Source: Oculatellaceae cyanobacterium bins.114
GTDB taxonomy: Bacteria > Cyanobacteriota > Cyanobacteriia > Elainellales > Elainellaceae
Direction of reading: 5' to 3'
NCBI GenBank assembly: GCA_033764315.1
Contig: JANRJA010000011.1
Location: 13,561 to 77,560 of the forward strand
DNA length: 64,000 nt
Part shown: piece after piece, positions 62,582-64,000 of the stretch
Numbering within the stretch: position 1 is the first letter of the stretch
Layout of the letters: the number at the start of each line of letters is the position of its first letter
Notes under the pieces: model-generated
Databases searched by the model: none
Told to the model about the DNA's origin: nothing
The model's input: the letters and a program-made list of their open reading frames with translations, nothing else
Made by a program: the position numbers and the translations under genes

Positions 62582-62881
62582 TTGGCGAAGTTCATTTTGA
62601 AAGTGCTTTGGCTGGAAAAAGACGTTGCACTGGCAGTCGATCAAGTTGTAGGTAAGGGGACTAGTCCTCTGACGTCATATTTCTTTTGGCCCCGTAATGA
62701 CGCATGGGAACAATTGAAGGCGGAATTAGAATCCAAACATTGGATTGTTGAAGTCGATCGCGTCGATTTGTTGAATAAAGCTACTGAGGTTATTAATTAC
62801 TGGCAAGAAGAAGGCAAACGCCGCACTATGGCTGAAGCTCAGTCAAAATTCCCAGAAGTTACCTTTACAGGTAGCGCCTGA
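62582..62881 (+). CDS. psrp3: 30S ribosomal protein PSRP-3/Ycf65
   Basis: [32 protein letters not shown] start. Confidence 0.93.
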   Translation: MAKFILKVLWLEKDVALAVDQVVGKGTSPLTSYFFWPRNDAWEQLKAELESKHWIVEVDRVDLLNKATEVINYWQEEGKRRTMAEAQSKFPEVTFTGSA

Positions 62882-63046
62882 TTGCGTCTTTTGAATGCAA
62901 TCTCCGGCATGCATAGTGGAATGGCTATGCACCTGAGCCGTTAATATTCATTCCTCATTGAGTCAGGGAGTAATGGAGTCATTGGCTTACTCCTCTGCTC
63001 CTTTACTCCTTGAATGCTTTTAAATGTTTTCTCTGTTTGATAGGAG

Positions 63047-63736
63047 TCACTCAGGTTCGGCAACGCCAAAACGGTAGCCTTTGCCGTAAACCGTATGAAT
63101 CAACGGACTCTCTTGATCAGCTTCAATTTTGCGGCGCAAAAGACGAATTTGTGCGGCTAAGACGTTGCTGCTGGGTTTTTCTCCGTCTTTCCACAACTGT
63201 TGATAAATCTGAGTATGGGTCAAGAGTTGATTGGGATGTCGCATGAGGTAAGCGAGTAGTTGCGTCTCTTTTTCTGAAAGTTCAATCGAGCGTCCGTAGC
63301 GATAAGCGAGTTGATTATCGTAGTCGAGTTCTAAATCTTCAACCTGAAGGCGTTGAGGGGTTGTTACCTCTAGTGTGGGGGGACGGCGCAATAAAGCCCG
63401 AACTCTAGCTAATAGCTCTCTTAGCTCAAACGGTTTAATTAAATAATCATCGGCTCCGGCATCGAGTCCTGAGACGCGATCGTCGATCGTGTCCTTTGCG
63501 GTGAGAAACAAAACGGGCGTAGTATCACCCTGCGATCGCAACTGTTGGCAAATCTCTAAGCCCGTTTTGTGGGGCAGCATCCAATCTAAAATCAGCAAAT
63601 CATAACTTCCGTTGATCGCCAAGACACTGCCCTCAGCCCCATCATGAGCAATGTCAACCTGATATCCCTCGCGAGTCAGGACTCGACTGAGGGGGTCTGT
63701 CAGTTCAGCTTCGTCATCGACCAACAAAATCTGCAT
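63047..63736 (-). CDS. manR: OmpR-family response regulator, ManR-like; no kinase adjacent
   Basis: REC domain (LLVDDE, LDWMLP, KPF) plus winged helix (TVYGKGY); orthologue assignment from memory of the N-terminus. Confidence 0.6.
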   Translation of the reverse strand: MQILLVDDEAELTDPLSRVLTREGYQVDIAHDGAEGSVLAINGSYDLLILDWMLPHKTGLEICQQLRSQGDTTPVLFLTAKDTIDDRVSGLDAGADDYLIKPFELRELLARVRALLRRPPTLEVTTPQRLQVEDLELDYDNQLAYRYGRSIELSEKETQLLAYLMRHPNQLLTHTQIYQQLWKDGEKPSSNVLAAQIRLLRRKIEADQESPLIHTVYGKGYRFGVAEPE

Positions 63737-63830
63737 GGCACCCATTTTAATGTAGGTCGTCAAGCGTGGGTCACACGCACAGCCACCAATCTCCCAAAAT
63801 CACTTTTCATCCAACTGCCAAGACAATTGC

Positions 63831-63923
63831 TATAGCAATCCCAAATGGGTTGTGAGAGGCGCACCCCAGAGGGGTGCGCCGCTCACCACCCGCCCATTTC
63901 ACAACGGATTTAGGACTGCGATG
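63831..63923. mobile_element. MITE family B, second copy (inverted)
   Basis: Aligns with the reverse complement of 33424-33516; internal GGCGCACCCC/GGGGTGCGCC hairpin. Confidence 0.75.
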
Positions 63924-64000
63924 TACGGAGTTGTTACAAGGAGATGTGGAGGCGTTAACCACAGTTCGCTTTTGACCTGAGTGCGCACGCCCAACCCGCT

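Noticed and set aside
1-64000. CRISPR arrays, tRNA/rRNA genes, prophage, full-length transposases
   Set aside because: None recognised by eye; small RNAs could have been missed

Overview
Cyanobacterial chromosome segment, judged from the dense HIP1 octamers (GCGATCGC), ndhD and PSRP-3/ycf65; a filamentous Leptolyngbya/Oculatella-like host is only a guess. Housekeeping genes (dtd, uvrC, mfd, ruvB, mmsA, ndhD, psrp3, a manR-like regulator) alternate with accessory blocks. (1) At about 2.9-18 kb, a block bracketed by a 129-bp direct repeat that starts and ends at HIP1 cores. It encodes a giant TpsA/filamentous-haemagglutinin-like exoprotein, an exported TPR-CHAT caspase-like protease, an exported DUF928-type protein and a triple-TIR/CHASE2 membrane receptor. 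Together these are a candidate protease-triggered, Toll-like transmembrane signalling system and the top finding. (2) A GT4-TPR-GT41 glycosyltransferase fusion next to a PEP-CTERM remnant. (3) Two tandem SulP-STAS-cNMP genes upstream of a MinD/ParA ATPase. (4) A decaying integron-cassette array after mfd, with two attC sites and no integrase in the window. (5) A surface-polysaccharide cluster (wzm/wzt, sulfotransferase, wbaP, ligase-like gene). Two small MITE families and several pseudogene fragments absent from the ORF track were also found. All calls come from motif recognition by eye; no searches were run.
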